A stretch of DNA of 33,000 bases from Dicyema japonicum (taxonomy: Eukaryota; Animalia; Dicyemida). Shown piece after piece: positions 1 to 10,899 of the stretch. Positions within the stretch are counted from its first letter, which is position 1. Each line of letters starts with the position of its first letter. The stretch lies in the NCBI GenBank assembly GCA_011109175.1, contig RDEW01000008.1, positions 1,400,447-1,433,446 of the forward strand, read 5' to 3'. The position numbers and the translations under genes are program-made. The notes below the pieces were generated by a model that did not search any database, was not told the origin of the DNA, and saw only the letters and a list, made by a program, of their open reading frames with translations.

Positions 1-829
1 TTAAAAAAATAATGTATTTTTTGTTTATCGAGCAATTTGGAAAACCTCTGTTTTGGGGAATCTTCCGAAGCCCCTATTAGAAATCGGACTTTAACCCATC
101 TCCACTTTTACTTTTTGCTTGTTAGATCTTATTGTACTACTTGATTCCGAATTTGTCGCTCTGTCTTTCTATTTTCTCGATGGGTCACCTCAAGTCTTTT
201 TTAAATTCCCCCGCAACATTTGATCAAATAATCTGATTCGTGAGAACGTCTCTCGTGGATTTTACATTACATTAGCCTTAATTTCTTTCACCTGAGAGAT
301 CGGGTAAACAAACAATTTATAGTTTAATGAAATTATTTACAGGGCACTATTCGACTGTTTTCACTCATTTCTGACTATGCAGAAATTTTACATTTCAGTA
401 GAACTTTGGAACTTTAGATTAGAGTTTCTGAATGTGGTCCCTGATAATTTTAACCTGTGTAGTTACTAGATCAAAAAGTATTGTTTCAACTAATCACGTA
501 TTTGGGGAGATAATGAGTTAAGGAGATGGGTAAACATTAGTTCTATAGCAGAAAGGAACTTTTAGACTTTTTCGGTTAATTTTAATGTGTCACGAAAGCT
601 TACAGATACATTCAAATTTCGAGAGACCACCTAAACAAATGTTTGGAGTCAAACTTACTGTCCCCAAGTGCGGAGTAGTGAAATATTTGTTAAAATAGTG
701 TTGACAAACTCATCCTTATATCAGATCCTTAATTACTTGCAGGAAATATGACGATTTTGAGAATCATTTTTGAGTTCCATATATGACTTTTGGTAGACAA
801 ATTGACAAGTATGATTCAATGATGTCATT

Positions 830-2190
830 TGCGGGAGCAGCAGTATTCATTTTCAATTTATATCCAAATAACTCCCGGGACATTAGTCTTTGAAGTGCAA
901 AAATCGATAGCATTTTCCTACGATGACATCTTCCCAATCACCGAGTAGTGAGCTGACTTTGTTTTACATTTCTCATCTGTCAATTGAGTTTCTCTTTTAA
1001 CAGTAATGACCTCAGTCTTTTTTCGTTCATTTTGAGAAACCATACAGCGAATGCACCGGGAGCATGATTTGAGAACTCCTGATCTCCTTTACGTCTCCGA
1101 AACAAAGTCTACGTCATCCGCGTAAATTAGTTTCTGTGATTTCGATGGGCAGCTTTCAGTAAGATACCAAATAGTAGTGGCAATAAGAATCCAGTGCCTA
1201 AATGTGTTTCAAATTCACGGGATCACTCTGAAACCGACCCAGACTTGCATTTCAGCGTCCGCAAGTAGGACCCGGATCATCCTTTGACTGTCCTTGTCTA
1301 GCAACGTATTAAGTAACAACATTAGTTTCTATCTACACAGTATCGAAAGCTCGGGAAAGATCAATCCTACTATGTGAACAGCCTTCTGGAATCTCTGCGT
1401 TATAGTAAATATTCATCTGTTTCCATACAACATCCGTCGTGGACGTTCCCTTTTCTGAATCCACCTTGGCCCAAAGACAGATATTCGTCAACAAAATGAG
1501 AAATCCTATCCAGACAACCAGAGATAGTAGTTTTCGTAGAGTTGTTAGAAGGATTATAGGTCTGAGATTTTCTACCGGTCCAACCGACTTCCCAAGTTTC
1601 CGTATAGGTATCAGAATTCCCTGCCCTAGTGAGACAGGCTTGTGTTTCATAAAAATGTATTTTAGCATGCTGCATAGTTGATAGTCCAGTGAGGGAAGCA
1701 AATGTTTTAGAAGTTTCCCGTTGATACCATCAGTGCCCGGACCCCTATTGTTGTTCAGTTTTTGTAGAGGCGTTTGTATCTCCGCCATTGGTGTAGTCAA
1801 AGATCTGGGGTGTCCTACAAATTGAGTTATGCGTTCGTCGTCACTACTGAAGAGCGATTCAAATTGATCAGCATTATTTTCTGCAACTTCTTTTTGTCTA
1901 GTATTCGTCTTCCATTATTGTCATTCACATTTGTACTTTCGTGGAGCTGTTCAATTGTCCTTTCGTGGAGCAAGCGTTCTCTATTCTTTATGTTCGGTAG
2001 GATAGAGTTTTTTTCTTTCATAATGTTTTCTTTTTGGGCATTTTCTATTCTTAGCCAAAAGTCTCAATTTTTTTGTGTTCTCGATAGTAAGTATATTTGC
2101 TTATCGTATATATGAGCCGATTGTGGCATTCTTGAGACATCCGTCAACAGTCTCCAGGCAATAATTCCGAGTCCATTAGTTATTGAAGCC
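830..2190 (-). mobile_element. Decayed RTE-like non-LTR retrotransposon (linker + reverse transcriptase)
   Basis: Frameshifted motifs LNNNRGPGTDGINGKLLK, GPVENLRPIILLTTLRKLLSL, VDEYLSLGQGGFRKG, IDLSRAFDTV, IYADDVDFVSE (1113-1124), SLLGDWEDV. Boundaries approximate. Confidence 0.9.
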
Positions 2191-3844
2191 CACAGCTGAC
2201 TTTGTGGGCCTATCATGTCAAACTCTGAATCGAAGACTTCCACTTATTCTATATCGATGGAGCATAACAATGACTTCTGATGAGGTTTGCGCTTTTGTCC
2301 ATCCTTGATGAAATTTGTAAGGCATGTAAGATGCGTTTCTGTGGAGTGTCCTTTTCTGAATCCGTGTTGAAAAGGTGTATCAGAAAAATATGGTTTGATT
2401 AGTTCAAGAATCAGCTTTTCCAAAAGTTTTGATGTAACACATAGGAGAGGTCTGTATGAGGCTGGTGATCCCTTTGGTCGCCCGGGTTTCAGGATTGGTC
2501 GTATGTTTGATAGCTTCCATATAGAAGGAATACAATTTTCGTTGATTAAAAAAGTTGAAAATGTTTGTGTGGGCCATGATAGCATAGGGGCCTATGTTTT
2601 TCAGAACTATTGCAGGAATTCCGTCCGGACCACAGGAATAATTCGACTTTTGACCCTTGACCATATTCTGTACGTTCTCCACAGAGAGGACAATCGGAGA
2701 GGTGGCTCTTTTAGGTTTGAGCTAGGATTGATGGACCTTCGAATTTCTTGTGTGGGATGAAACTCGTGGAAAAGTAGTACTTCATAAGTGTGTTTAGGAA
2801 GATCTTGTTTTTCTTTTCATCACGTGTGGCCGGGTTGTCAGCGTTACCTTTCTCTTGTTTCTTCTTTGCATTGTTCCTGATCTCTCTTTCTAATGTACGA
2901 ATTCTCAATCTTCATTCCCAGGATTGTTTTTGGAGGCTTTTTAGGTAATTTCTTTCCTTCATGAGTGGATCGACCCTGGGGTAAGAATTCTTTCTTGAGG
3001 TCAGTGGTCTTCTTTTAATACAAATTTTCATTCCCTCGCGTACCACTCTATTAAAATAGTGTAGTGCTTTTTCGATGGAGTTGAAATTGGATAAATGAAA
3101 GTCAAGTAGATAATAGTCGACAAAATTTGAGAAATTTTTCCAGTCGACATTTTTGTAGTCGGTAAATAAAACAGGTTTCTTTACAATTGACACTCTTCCT
3201 TCAAACGTAATCATAACGGGATTGTGGTCACTGCTGGTCTCGTATAGCACTGTCCATTTTGTTAATGTTGCGATGTTTGGTGGGGCAAGAGTGAGATCAG
3301 GGGATGATGTCCTGTCATTCGCTCTATAGGGAGTCCTTGTATTGAATGTAGGGTTGTTTAATATTATCAGGTCATCCAGATTCGATAACAATTGGTTTCC
3401 TCTGACATCGCATGGTTGGTTCTTGAACCATGTCGGATGCTTTGCATTTAGGTCTCCACAAAGTAACATATTTTTTGATTTGTCGATGTCTGACATTGAG
3501 AACCTGAATTCCTTGGGGCAAGAGTTGGGCGGTGGCACATACACATTCAATATGTTTATGTTTCCGATGCTTGTCTTGACTGAAATAAACAATATATTCT
3601 ACGGGAGACTTGAGGTTGACAAAAATTTCGTTTGCGCACGGAATTTCTTTTTGATGATGGTAAGCAGTCTACCAGCCCCCCCCCCAACTGGGCGGTCGCG
3701 CCTGATAGTTTGGAAAGACGGAGTTAGTTTTGTTTCTTGGAGTAGGCAAATGTCAGTATTATACCTTTTTAAGAAGTTTGTGAGTTCGAGGATCTTCCCT
3801 TTCACTCCATTTATGTTTAGTTAAATCAAAATAATGGGTTTTCG

Positions 3845-3883
3845 AGGTCCAGAATTGGGGTTCACATCGCCGGAGAGCATTAA
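3845..3883 (-). other. Degenerate 2A-like (stop-go) peptide LMLSGDVNPNSGP, in frame with the APE domain
   Basis: Manual translation from ATG 3943: MSFLDGLPTGLSLLP*WKPTLMLSGDVNPNSGP-RKPIILI*LNINGVKGK. Matches GD(V/I)ExNPGP with E>N and P>S. Confidence 0.75.
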
Positions 3884-3966
3884 GGTGGGCTTCCATCAAG
3901 GCAGGAGAGAGAGGCCAGTGGGGAGACCGTCCAAGAAAGACATTCCTCTTGGATTGGACGTAGAGG

Positions 3967-4034
3967 ATGGTTCTTTTGTCTGTGAAGTATATTCCACAGT
4001 TTTCGTCACCAGAAACGGCGAACCACATGACGTT
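3967..4034 (-). ncRNA. Putative HDV-ribozyme-like nested pseudoknot in the LINE 5' UTR
   Basis: P1 CGUC/GACG; P2 GUGGUUC/GAACCAU; P3 GCC-GUUUCU-GGU; P4 CUGUGGA-AUAUAC-UUCACAG; J4/2 ACAAAA. The same topology with covariation occurs at 14645-14707 and 11815-11877. Confidence 0.6.
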
Positions 4035-4221
4035 AAATCAGAATTAATGTTTATTAGCCACGTTTTTATTTATTTATTATTTATTTACGTTTTTATTTGT
4101 TATGTAAACTTTTTTTTTTTAATGTAAAGTTGTATTCATTTAAAAAATAATAGTTAAAAAATAATTATAACAATTGAATATCAATTTTTCAATTTTTAAT
4201 AAAACGTGATTTTTTGATAAA

Positions 4222-5345
4222 GCTATTACACCTGGCGAAATCTCAAATGCAACAGTCAAACTTAAGAATTGTCGCTCCCCTGGACCGGATGGAATCAATT
4301 CAGAACTTGTCAAATATGGGCCACCAGCACTAACAGACAAGTTGGCAAAACTACTCAACTCTATGTTTATAAAAAAAGACTACCCAGTTCTTGGATTCGG
4401 ACTATTAATACCAATGCAAAAACCTAAAAGCATGCTGGGCCTGTTGAAAACCTATGTCCAATAATTTTGCTTAACACCTTAAGGAAACTTCTGGCATTAG
4501 TTATGATGAACCGAATCAGAGAACAAGTGGACAACTATCTATCCCTTAGTCACAGTGAATTCTGGACAGGGAGATCCACTGCAGATGTAGTATGGAGCCA
4601 CAAGTGGCGCTGCGCTATCAACCAGAGATTTGAACGTGCAACAACAGTCCTGGGAATAGACCTTCTAGGGCTTCTTTGACACGGCCTCGTGGTCTATTTC
4701 TCAAGATACTGAAACAGTTCTTGGACCCAGATTTTGTCAATATAATAAGAGTGTTGCTATCTAACACGAAGCACAGAGTGCGGTACGCCACGAGGACGTG
4801 AATTTACGTGCAATGTTGGTACTCCCCAGGGAGATTTCTGCTCCCCCTGCATTTGTCATATATCTGGAGGCGACATTACGAGACCTTCGGAAGTTCTATG
4901 ATGGCAACATCGTCGAAATTGCCTATGCGGACGACGTCGACTTTGTGTCAGAAGACAAATCGGCTCTGCTTCGACTCCTCGAGCTGGCTCCTGCTGAGCT
5001 GAACCGATGGTTCCTTGAAATGAACATCGCAAAAACTGACATTGTGGTGGAAGTCAGAATGAAATGCGATCAAGTGAAAATGGCGAAAACAAACAAAACT
5101 TGGCTCTTTACTTGGGACAGTCAAGATTTTGCCAAAAGGAAAGCCTCGCTTGGGTAACGATGAACAAGTTGAAGAAAGAGTGGGTTGGCAAACGACAAAT
5201 CCTGCACATGCACTTTCGTTTTGAGAACTGTATGAAGCTTTGTCAAGCCGATCCTAATGTACAATTTATCGACCTGGGAACGTCCAAAATTGAACTACTT
5301 GGACTAACTCTCCTACGATTGAGGAGGTTAAGAAATTGGTTCGGA
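4222..5345 (+). mobile_element. Decayed RTE-like LINE RT domain
   Basis: LKNCRSPGPDGINSELVKY, LLNTLRKLLAL, GRSTADVVWSHKW, LGIDL, IAYADDVDFVSE, LEMNIAKT. Confidence 0.9.
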
Positions 5346-5599
5346 GGATTGTTTTGAATGCTGCACGAGTGAAATTATAACTATTATGATTTTACAAATG
5401 TTGTTTATAATAATATAAACGTGATTTTTATATATGCGATAATGGATGAAAATTTGCAAATAACCAGAAATAAAAACCGCGATACTCTCCAAATTGAGTG
5501 CCTCATGAAACAACATTGTCATCAACGCTTTAAATTTTTTATCGTACGTAACTTTGTAAGATTTTTTGCTGTCTTAAAGTTATCTACACCTTTTATGCG

Positions 5600-6408
5600 C
5601 TTAAACTACAAAAATTGAAATTGCTAAACTTCGTTCAAAACGGAGTATTTAATTAGAAAACTCGTGAGAATGTTTGACACAAGTATCGGAACAATCTCTA
5701 GACTCAAGAGAAACATTGTTCTATTGACAAAAAATGGACAGATTTATTCAAATGCAGAGACTTCAGAGTGAGTCACTAGTGAAAAGCATAAAGTTTTGGA
5801 TTCAAAAGTGTTGGATGTATTTCAACACTACGAAAACAAAACGTTCCCATTTCCGGACCTTTAATCCAAAAAATCGGTATTATTGTAATTCCTAAAATCA
5901 TTTTATTAGGACTGTAAGTCGAATCTAGAATCTTACTTCAAATTTTTAAGGCTTCATACGGATGGCTAGAAAAAATAAATTAAATTTTTAATTCAATTTA
6001 ATATCAAAATTGACGAATATGGAAAAAAAAGATTTTCAATTGCGACGAAACGTGTCTTTTTTTCGACGTAGTCCAAAAAAATCTTTTATTCAAAACAATG
6101 AAGAATTGGTTTCAAGCAGAGCAAAGAATAAATAACTGTCTTGCTCTGCTGCAGCTATACAGGATAAAAATTAGACCTTTTGATTATTGGAAAGTTTCAT
6201 AATCCAAGATGCTTTAGAATTTCTTCCTGTCAAACCATAATGTTGTCTATTCTTCATCCAAAAATGCATGGATGACAAAATATGTGTATAGATGTTGGCT
6301 TCATAGGATTAATGAACATTTTATTACAAAATCTGAAAATTATTCTGCTATTGGACAATGTTGGGCCTCACAATAATCTTAAGAAAATTATTCTGCTATT
6401 GGACAATG
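5600..6408 (+). mobile_element. pogo/Tigger (CENP-B-like) transposase relic
   Basis: Manual translation: NVPISGPLIQK, FKASYGWLEK, IFNCDETCLF, KQSKE*ITVLLCC, LLIIGKFHNPRCF, NAWMT, IILLLDN (DDE_1-type motifs). No TIRs found. Confidence 0.88.
6335..6408 (+). repeat. Perfect 26-bp direct repeat (6335-6360, 6383-6408) at the Tigger/RTE junction
   Basis: GAAAATTATTCTGCTATTGGACAATG occurs twice with a 22-bp spacer. Confidence 0.9.
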
Positions 6409-6920
6409 CTCACTGTATACTTTGAATCTGCTCTACGAGATCTCGGGAAGTACTACATCGACGAAATTATGGAAATTGTTTACAGCGGTGATATTTACTG
6501 TATCAAGTAACAAAGATGCACTAAGACGACCGATGGAGGTAGCACCAGACCGCAGGCTAAATGGTCTTTATTAATGACAATTCGAAGACGGATATCGTCG
6601 ATATCAAAAGGACGGAACCACGCAGCACTGAAAACTAGAGAAAAGCCATAAAACTTGGCTTGCTTTTAACGACTCAGAAGACATTGTCAGAAGGATATTA
6701 TAATCTACGGTGACCATACAAAAGCTTTTGAAATGTTGGATCACTCCGACTAAGATTGTATGAGGCTATCATGAAATTGATCCTTAAGTATTTCTCTGGA
6801 AAATGGCGTATCTCGAAAACAGATGACGAAGGCTCGACTCCCTTCATAGGAATCAACTACATTCTCTCTTGGGATTAAGTGGCCTACACTTTAGTTACGA
6901 TTTGGCAGATGCATGCTGAA
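6409..6920 (+). mobile_element. 5'-truncated RTE-like LINE fragment (RT C-terminal half)
   Basis: TVYFESALRDLGKYY..EIVYSGD is homologous to VIYLEATLRDLRKFY..EIAYADD at ~4855-4935; KLGLLL and HRNQL..LLGIKWP follow. Confidence 0.75.
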
Positions 6921-7279
6921 CTACACTTTAGAAATTGGCAGATCCAAGTTCGTGTAAGACGGACCTTCAATGGGGCTGGAGCTCGTGGCGTAGATGTTGT
7001 GCGCATTTCATTCTCAATTTGAACTTGGTGTGATTCAAGCTGTCGCTGTATCTATAAGTTTGTGGAGAAGGATCCAGTTTTGTTTATGTTGTTTTGGAAT
7101 ATTTGATAAGGGTTACCCCAATCGGTGGTCTAGAAAGGGGGCATGGTTAATTTTTATTAATTTGGTGCTTCGTTTTACTGTGTTCTTTATGAGTTAGGAA
7201 GATAAACGTTCTCGTCTTCAAGGAGTGCTTTGATCAGTTTTGGAGTCTTTCAAAGAGAGTTGAATTAACTCACCTGGTC

Positions 7280-8473
7280 TTAATATTTTATTATATGGCA
7301 CCATTTTGGTTTATATTGCAGTATTCGTAGTAAAATGACGATGCTCCTTATATAGTCAATTCTCCCACCATCGTTCACAACTGTTTGAACATATTCCTCT
7401 TCATTGAGAGTAATCGTGTGTGAGTAAAGCTAGTAGTTTATGTCCTTACATGATTAATTAGGATAATGCATACGCCGTTCTGCATAAATCTGAGAAAACC
7501 GTCCGTACTTTATCACCTATCAAAGTCGATTTCTTCTTTAATCGTTTTTTAAGTAAAATTATTCTTTTAGAGACAATAGTACAACTGTGTAATTCAGTCG
7601 TCCAACCCGGATAATAATTAAATCATAATAAATTTGAATTAATTAACACCAATTTTATATCCCAGAAAAATGAACCATTAAGTTAGTTAAATGTTAATTG
7701 AACTCCTCAAATTCCAAGTACATTATACTTGTTTTTAATGGCACTGCAGATTATTAGACTGAAATATTCACTTGTCGGCCTGCTGTTTCCTCTAAATATA
7801 TTATTTTCTAACATATACATTTTATTATCTTTGAGATATAATCTCTATTAGTTATTGCTTCATATCTATACTAAATATAATATCATACGCCTCTGGATTA
7901 TCGAATGAATTGATGCAAACGATAACACTATATAATTATTATTAAAAATACTCATTTAAAATTAATAAAGTTGGAAGTAATTTTAAAAATTTGAATACAC
8001 TTATTCCTTGAGGAAAGATCTACATTAATTACAAAAAATACATAATTTCAAGTAATGGTAAATTTTCCGCAAATTCGATCGATATGAATTTGAGGGAATG
8101 ACAGTGTCAAAATATCTATAAAGTTAAAAAAATATGTAACAGTTTAATGGTATGTGGGAATGTTTGCTTGTCTACAGATTCTAAACTTTCATCATAATAA
8201 CCACATTGACTATGAATAATTAATAATTAATACAATATATCTAACTTCATTCTCAATAATGAAAAGTTGACATCAGGTTCAAATTCAATATTTTGAACAA
8301 TTAATACAGCTACATAAAATTCAGGTAGGCCAGTTATCGAATATGTACAATTAATCCAAAATCTTAATAATTTATATTTAATACAGAGCTCTATTTATTA
8401 TTAATTCGTTTTTGCATAAATTCTGTGATGTCAAAATATCGAAAGACAAGTTTAACACGAGAAAAGTGAACAT
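7280..8473 (-). pseudogene. Multi-exon host gene or pseudogene with micro-introns; possibly the ARM-like region of a divergent ZYG11/ZER1-type protein
   Basis: Removing GT-AG introns 8363-8384, 8210-8233, 8116-8140 and 8020-8041 opens a 142-aa frame from ATG 8473 to TGA 7952. Further intron-like units at 7928-7951, 7792-7818 and 7445-7473 flank exons with stops or frameshifts. Family assignment is weak (EEYVQTVVNDGG resembles KYCPLLIKEGG). Confidence 0.6.
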
Positions 8474-8829
8474 CTATAAAATTAAATACCAAAATGATGA
8501 ATATACGATAACCACAAGAAATTAAAATTATTACATGATTAACAGTCGTCATAATTAATTTTAATTTTATTAAATAAAGTGTTGGATTAAAAAAATAAAA
8601 TTAAAAAATAATTTAATTAAATTCACACAATTTACATGGTTTTCCGATTTGTTTAATAATTTTACCATAAAATTTAATAAATTTGTCAAAAATGTCTAAT
8701 AACTTTGCCTTAATGTTTAGTAACTTTATCAAAATACTTAAAAATTGTGTCAAAAAGTTTAATACCTTTTGAATAATGTTTAATTACAGGTCAATTTGCG
8801 CGAAAATAAAATTTTAAGTGAATCTGAAG

Positions 8830-8990
8830 ATAGGCTACACACATTGACACTTCAGAAGTTGACTCACAATAACCAATCCTTTTGTTGTCTATCTGGAAGC
8901 TGCTCTTCGTAATCTGAGAGCTAAAAATTGTCCTACTTTTATCTAGGAACTAAGATATGCGGATGACCTGGATTTTGTTTTAGAAGAATG
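8830..8990 (+). mobile_element. Short RTE-like RT fragment
   Basis: FVVYLEAALRNLR..ELRYADDLDFV. Confidence 0.8.
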
Positions 8991-9989
8991 ATGATAGCTA
9001 ATTCTTTTTTAGACAAGAGTACTGCAGGGTAAATGAAATTATTTTTTTCAGACAAGAGTACTGCAAGTAATTTAATTGGTCTAATTTTGGAGGATTAGAC
9101 GTGAAATTAACACAAAGCAGTATGAAGTAGTTAGCCTGAGTATGATAAGAGAATCTTTTGCCTTCTTTAGAATCAAATAGATGATATTGTTCCAAGTAAC
9201 GAATGACCAACATTCGCTCTCTCGAATTGATTTTATGTGAAATATTAAAAAATCGAATAAGGTAATCAATTAATGACAAAATATTTTTTGTGCGATTTTG
9301 GCTCATATTGATCTATCAGGACTAAAAGATTTTCAACCTCGGATGATTTTTTTACTTGAAAGTAAAAATAGGTCATATTTCTCCTTGACCGTAAAATTAG
9401 GTCAACCGTTAAAATAATTTTAAATATACATTTGATGACTATAGATGCTATTAGTATTCTTAATATTATTCGCAACCAAATGTGGATGCCAGGTTTATGT
9501 TTATTCTGACTTTACCACTGTTCTTATTTCTGGATCTGTGGACGATTAGAAGGAGATTTTCTGAATGATCTAATTGACCGAATTAATCTGAAATCACATT
9601 AGATATGTTTTTGAAAAATAAAGAGTTCCTTGAGATTAATATGATACTGGAGGTCTGCTTCAAGACGACTAGAAATTAATAAACAAATGCTTGGTTGAAT
9701 GTTTATCAATGTGGTAAAATTGGCAACGTTCTGGCGACGAGGCAGTGAGAATAGCTACCTTGCTCCGTTTTGACCTTAATTTTGTGTTAATGAAAATGCA
9801 TTTGTGGACGTTGAATCGATGGTTATCAGTCTTTAAGCTGATTTATGGCTGGTCCCCGACATGAAATAACAACTTGACTTTAAAAAATGTTTCTTTCTTT
9901 GCGATGGCAACACCCCGAAGGGATAACAATACTCCCATTCGCTAATGGTCGAAACATTGCTGCGGCGTTCACATGTTAAAAAATACTCT

Positions 9990-10230
9990 CCAACAAATTT
10001 GGCTGGAATCCAGTTTATGACACCGAGGATCATAAAATTAGACTTGTTCCACAAAGTTCAGCCTGAAAAAAACAGGAACTACTTGGCCCACGAGAAATCG
10101 AGAAATACATTATTTAAGAGATGTAGCACTATACCTATCAGTTTAGAATTACTGGAATCCAGAAGGAAGCTTTTCGGACACGTGCTGAGGATGGAATCTA
10201 ACTCAATTGCGACGCTAGAGACCTATAATT
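9990..10230 (+). mobile_element. RTE-like LINE C-terminal remnant
   Basis: LFKRCSTIPISLELLESRRKLFGHVLRME. Confidence 0.7.
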
Positions 10231-10382
10231 TAATTTTGAACATAAAAATTGAGGACCAACATAACGTATTACATACAAAGTTATATTTTTACACGTGCAG
10301 CACCCTGACGATTATATCTAATATTTTCTTACAATGTCTTTCAAATCAGTTATTTCATTTATAAAAATTTTTTTAAAAAATG

Positions 10383-10787
10383 ATGCGCAATAAACCTGAC
10401 GTTGTGGTACAAGGTAAAGAGCTTGGCCAAGTCCTATCATAAAAGTTACCATTACGTCCCAAGACCGTTTGCAGACTATGGAGGTAGAGAAAAAAGGAAG
10501 TATGACTAGCTTTCGAAATGTGTGCATATGCTTGGTTGCAAGGTCCTCGTTATTCCAATAGTAATGACGTGGGAAGGAATTGCAAAAAGTGCCACAAGTG
10601 TTATCTAAGACAGTTATGGGTAGATAGGAAGCTCCAGGCCAATTTACAGTCCGTTGTTTTAAAGCAAACAGTAGAGATCATTACACTGGAGTAAAGGAGG
10701 CAGAGCCCGGAGATGCCATATGGGCAGAAGGCTCAGAGCTGTTCAGCTACCAGAACGAACCTGCCTAGGGGCTGGCAAATAAATAAA
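10383..10787 (+). mobile_element. 3' end of a restriction-like-endonuclease non-LTR element (R4/NeSL-type) with AATA tail
   Basis: Frameshift-corrected RNKPDVVV..VLII(K)VTITSQDRLQTMEVEKKRKYD..VIPIVMTWEG..LQSVVLKQTVEII* shows a PD-(D/E)xK pattern; tail CAAATAAATAAA. Confidence 0.85.
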
Positions 10788-10813
10788 CGAAGAAAGTTGC
10801 TGATTGTTAGATG

Positions 10814-10859
10814 TTATCTTTTTAGTTGGTTAAATATTATCTTTTTAGTTGGTTAAATA
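10814..10859 (+). repeat. 23-bp perfect tandem duplication
   Basis: TTATCTTTTTAGTTGGTTAAATA x2. Confidence 0.9.
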
Positions 10860-10899
10860 AAGCTGTTTTAAACTAGCTTTGAGGGACATTACCGGCGGA

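Larger units (their letters stand above)
2210..4035 (-). mobile_element. I-group (Ingi/Jockey-like) LINE with 5' end present and 3' end truncated inside RT: leader + APE endonuclease + RT N-terminus
   Basis: APE motifs LNING, DICLLQETKL, NVYVPP, LCGDLNAKHPTW, SSPDLT, SSDHNPV. RT motifs SCGPDGIP, KPGRPKGSPASYRP, QHGFRKGHST, IDIE. Several stops and frameshifts. Clade assignment is inference. Confidence 0.85.

Noticed and set aside
1-760. Possible gag-like remnant (LLNSLSPQIRD) on the minus strand
   Set aside because: One weak motif amid many stops; not supportable.
3995-4041. Hammerhead-like CTGAT..GTCA..TGACGAAA on the minus strand
   Set aside because: Core is not CUGANGA and stems I/III are absent; the HDV-like fold explains the pairing better.
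1439-4358. Antisense ORFs in the track (e.g. 1439-1681, 2395-2760, 3342-3824, 4140-4358)
   Set aside because: These are shadows of retrotransposon coding sequence on the opposite strand.
6335-6408. CRISPR-like repeat-spacer-repeat
   Set aside because: Only two units, inside a eukaryotic transposase; no cas genes.
7310-7430. Jacalin-like reading (TLNEEEYV..IRSIV.TTN)
   Set aside because: Needs an extra frameshift; the surrounding exons look helical or ARM-like.
10430-10490. Twister-ribozyme-like string GTTACC..GTCCCAAGACCGT..GGAGG
   Set aside because: Explained as coding sequence (VTITSQDRLQTME) of the RLE domain; P1/P2 pairing and the UAA site are missing.
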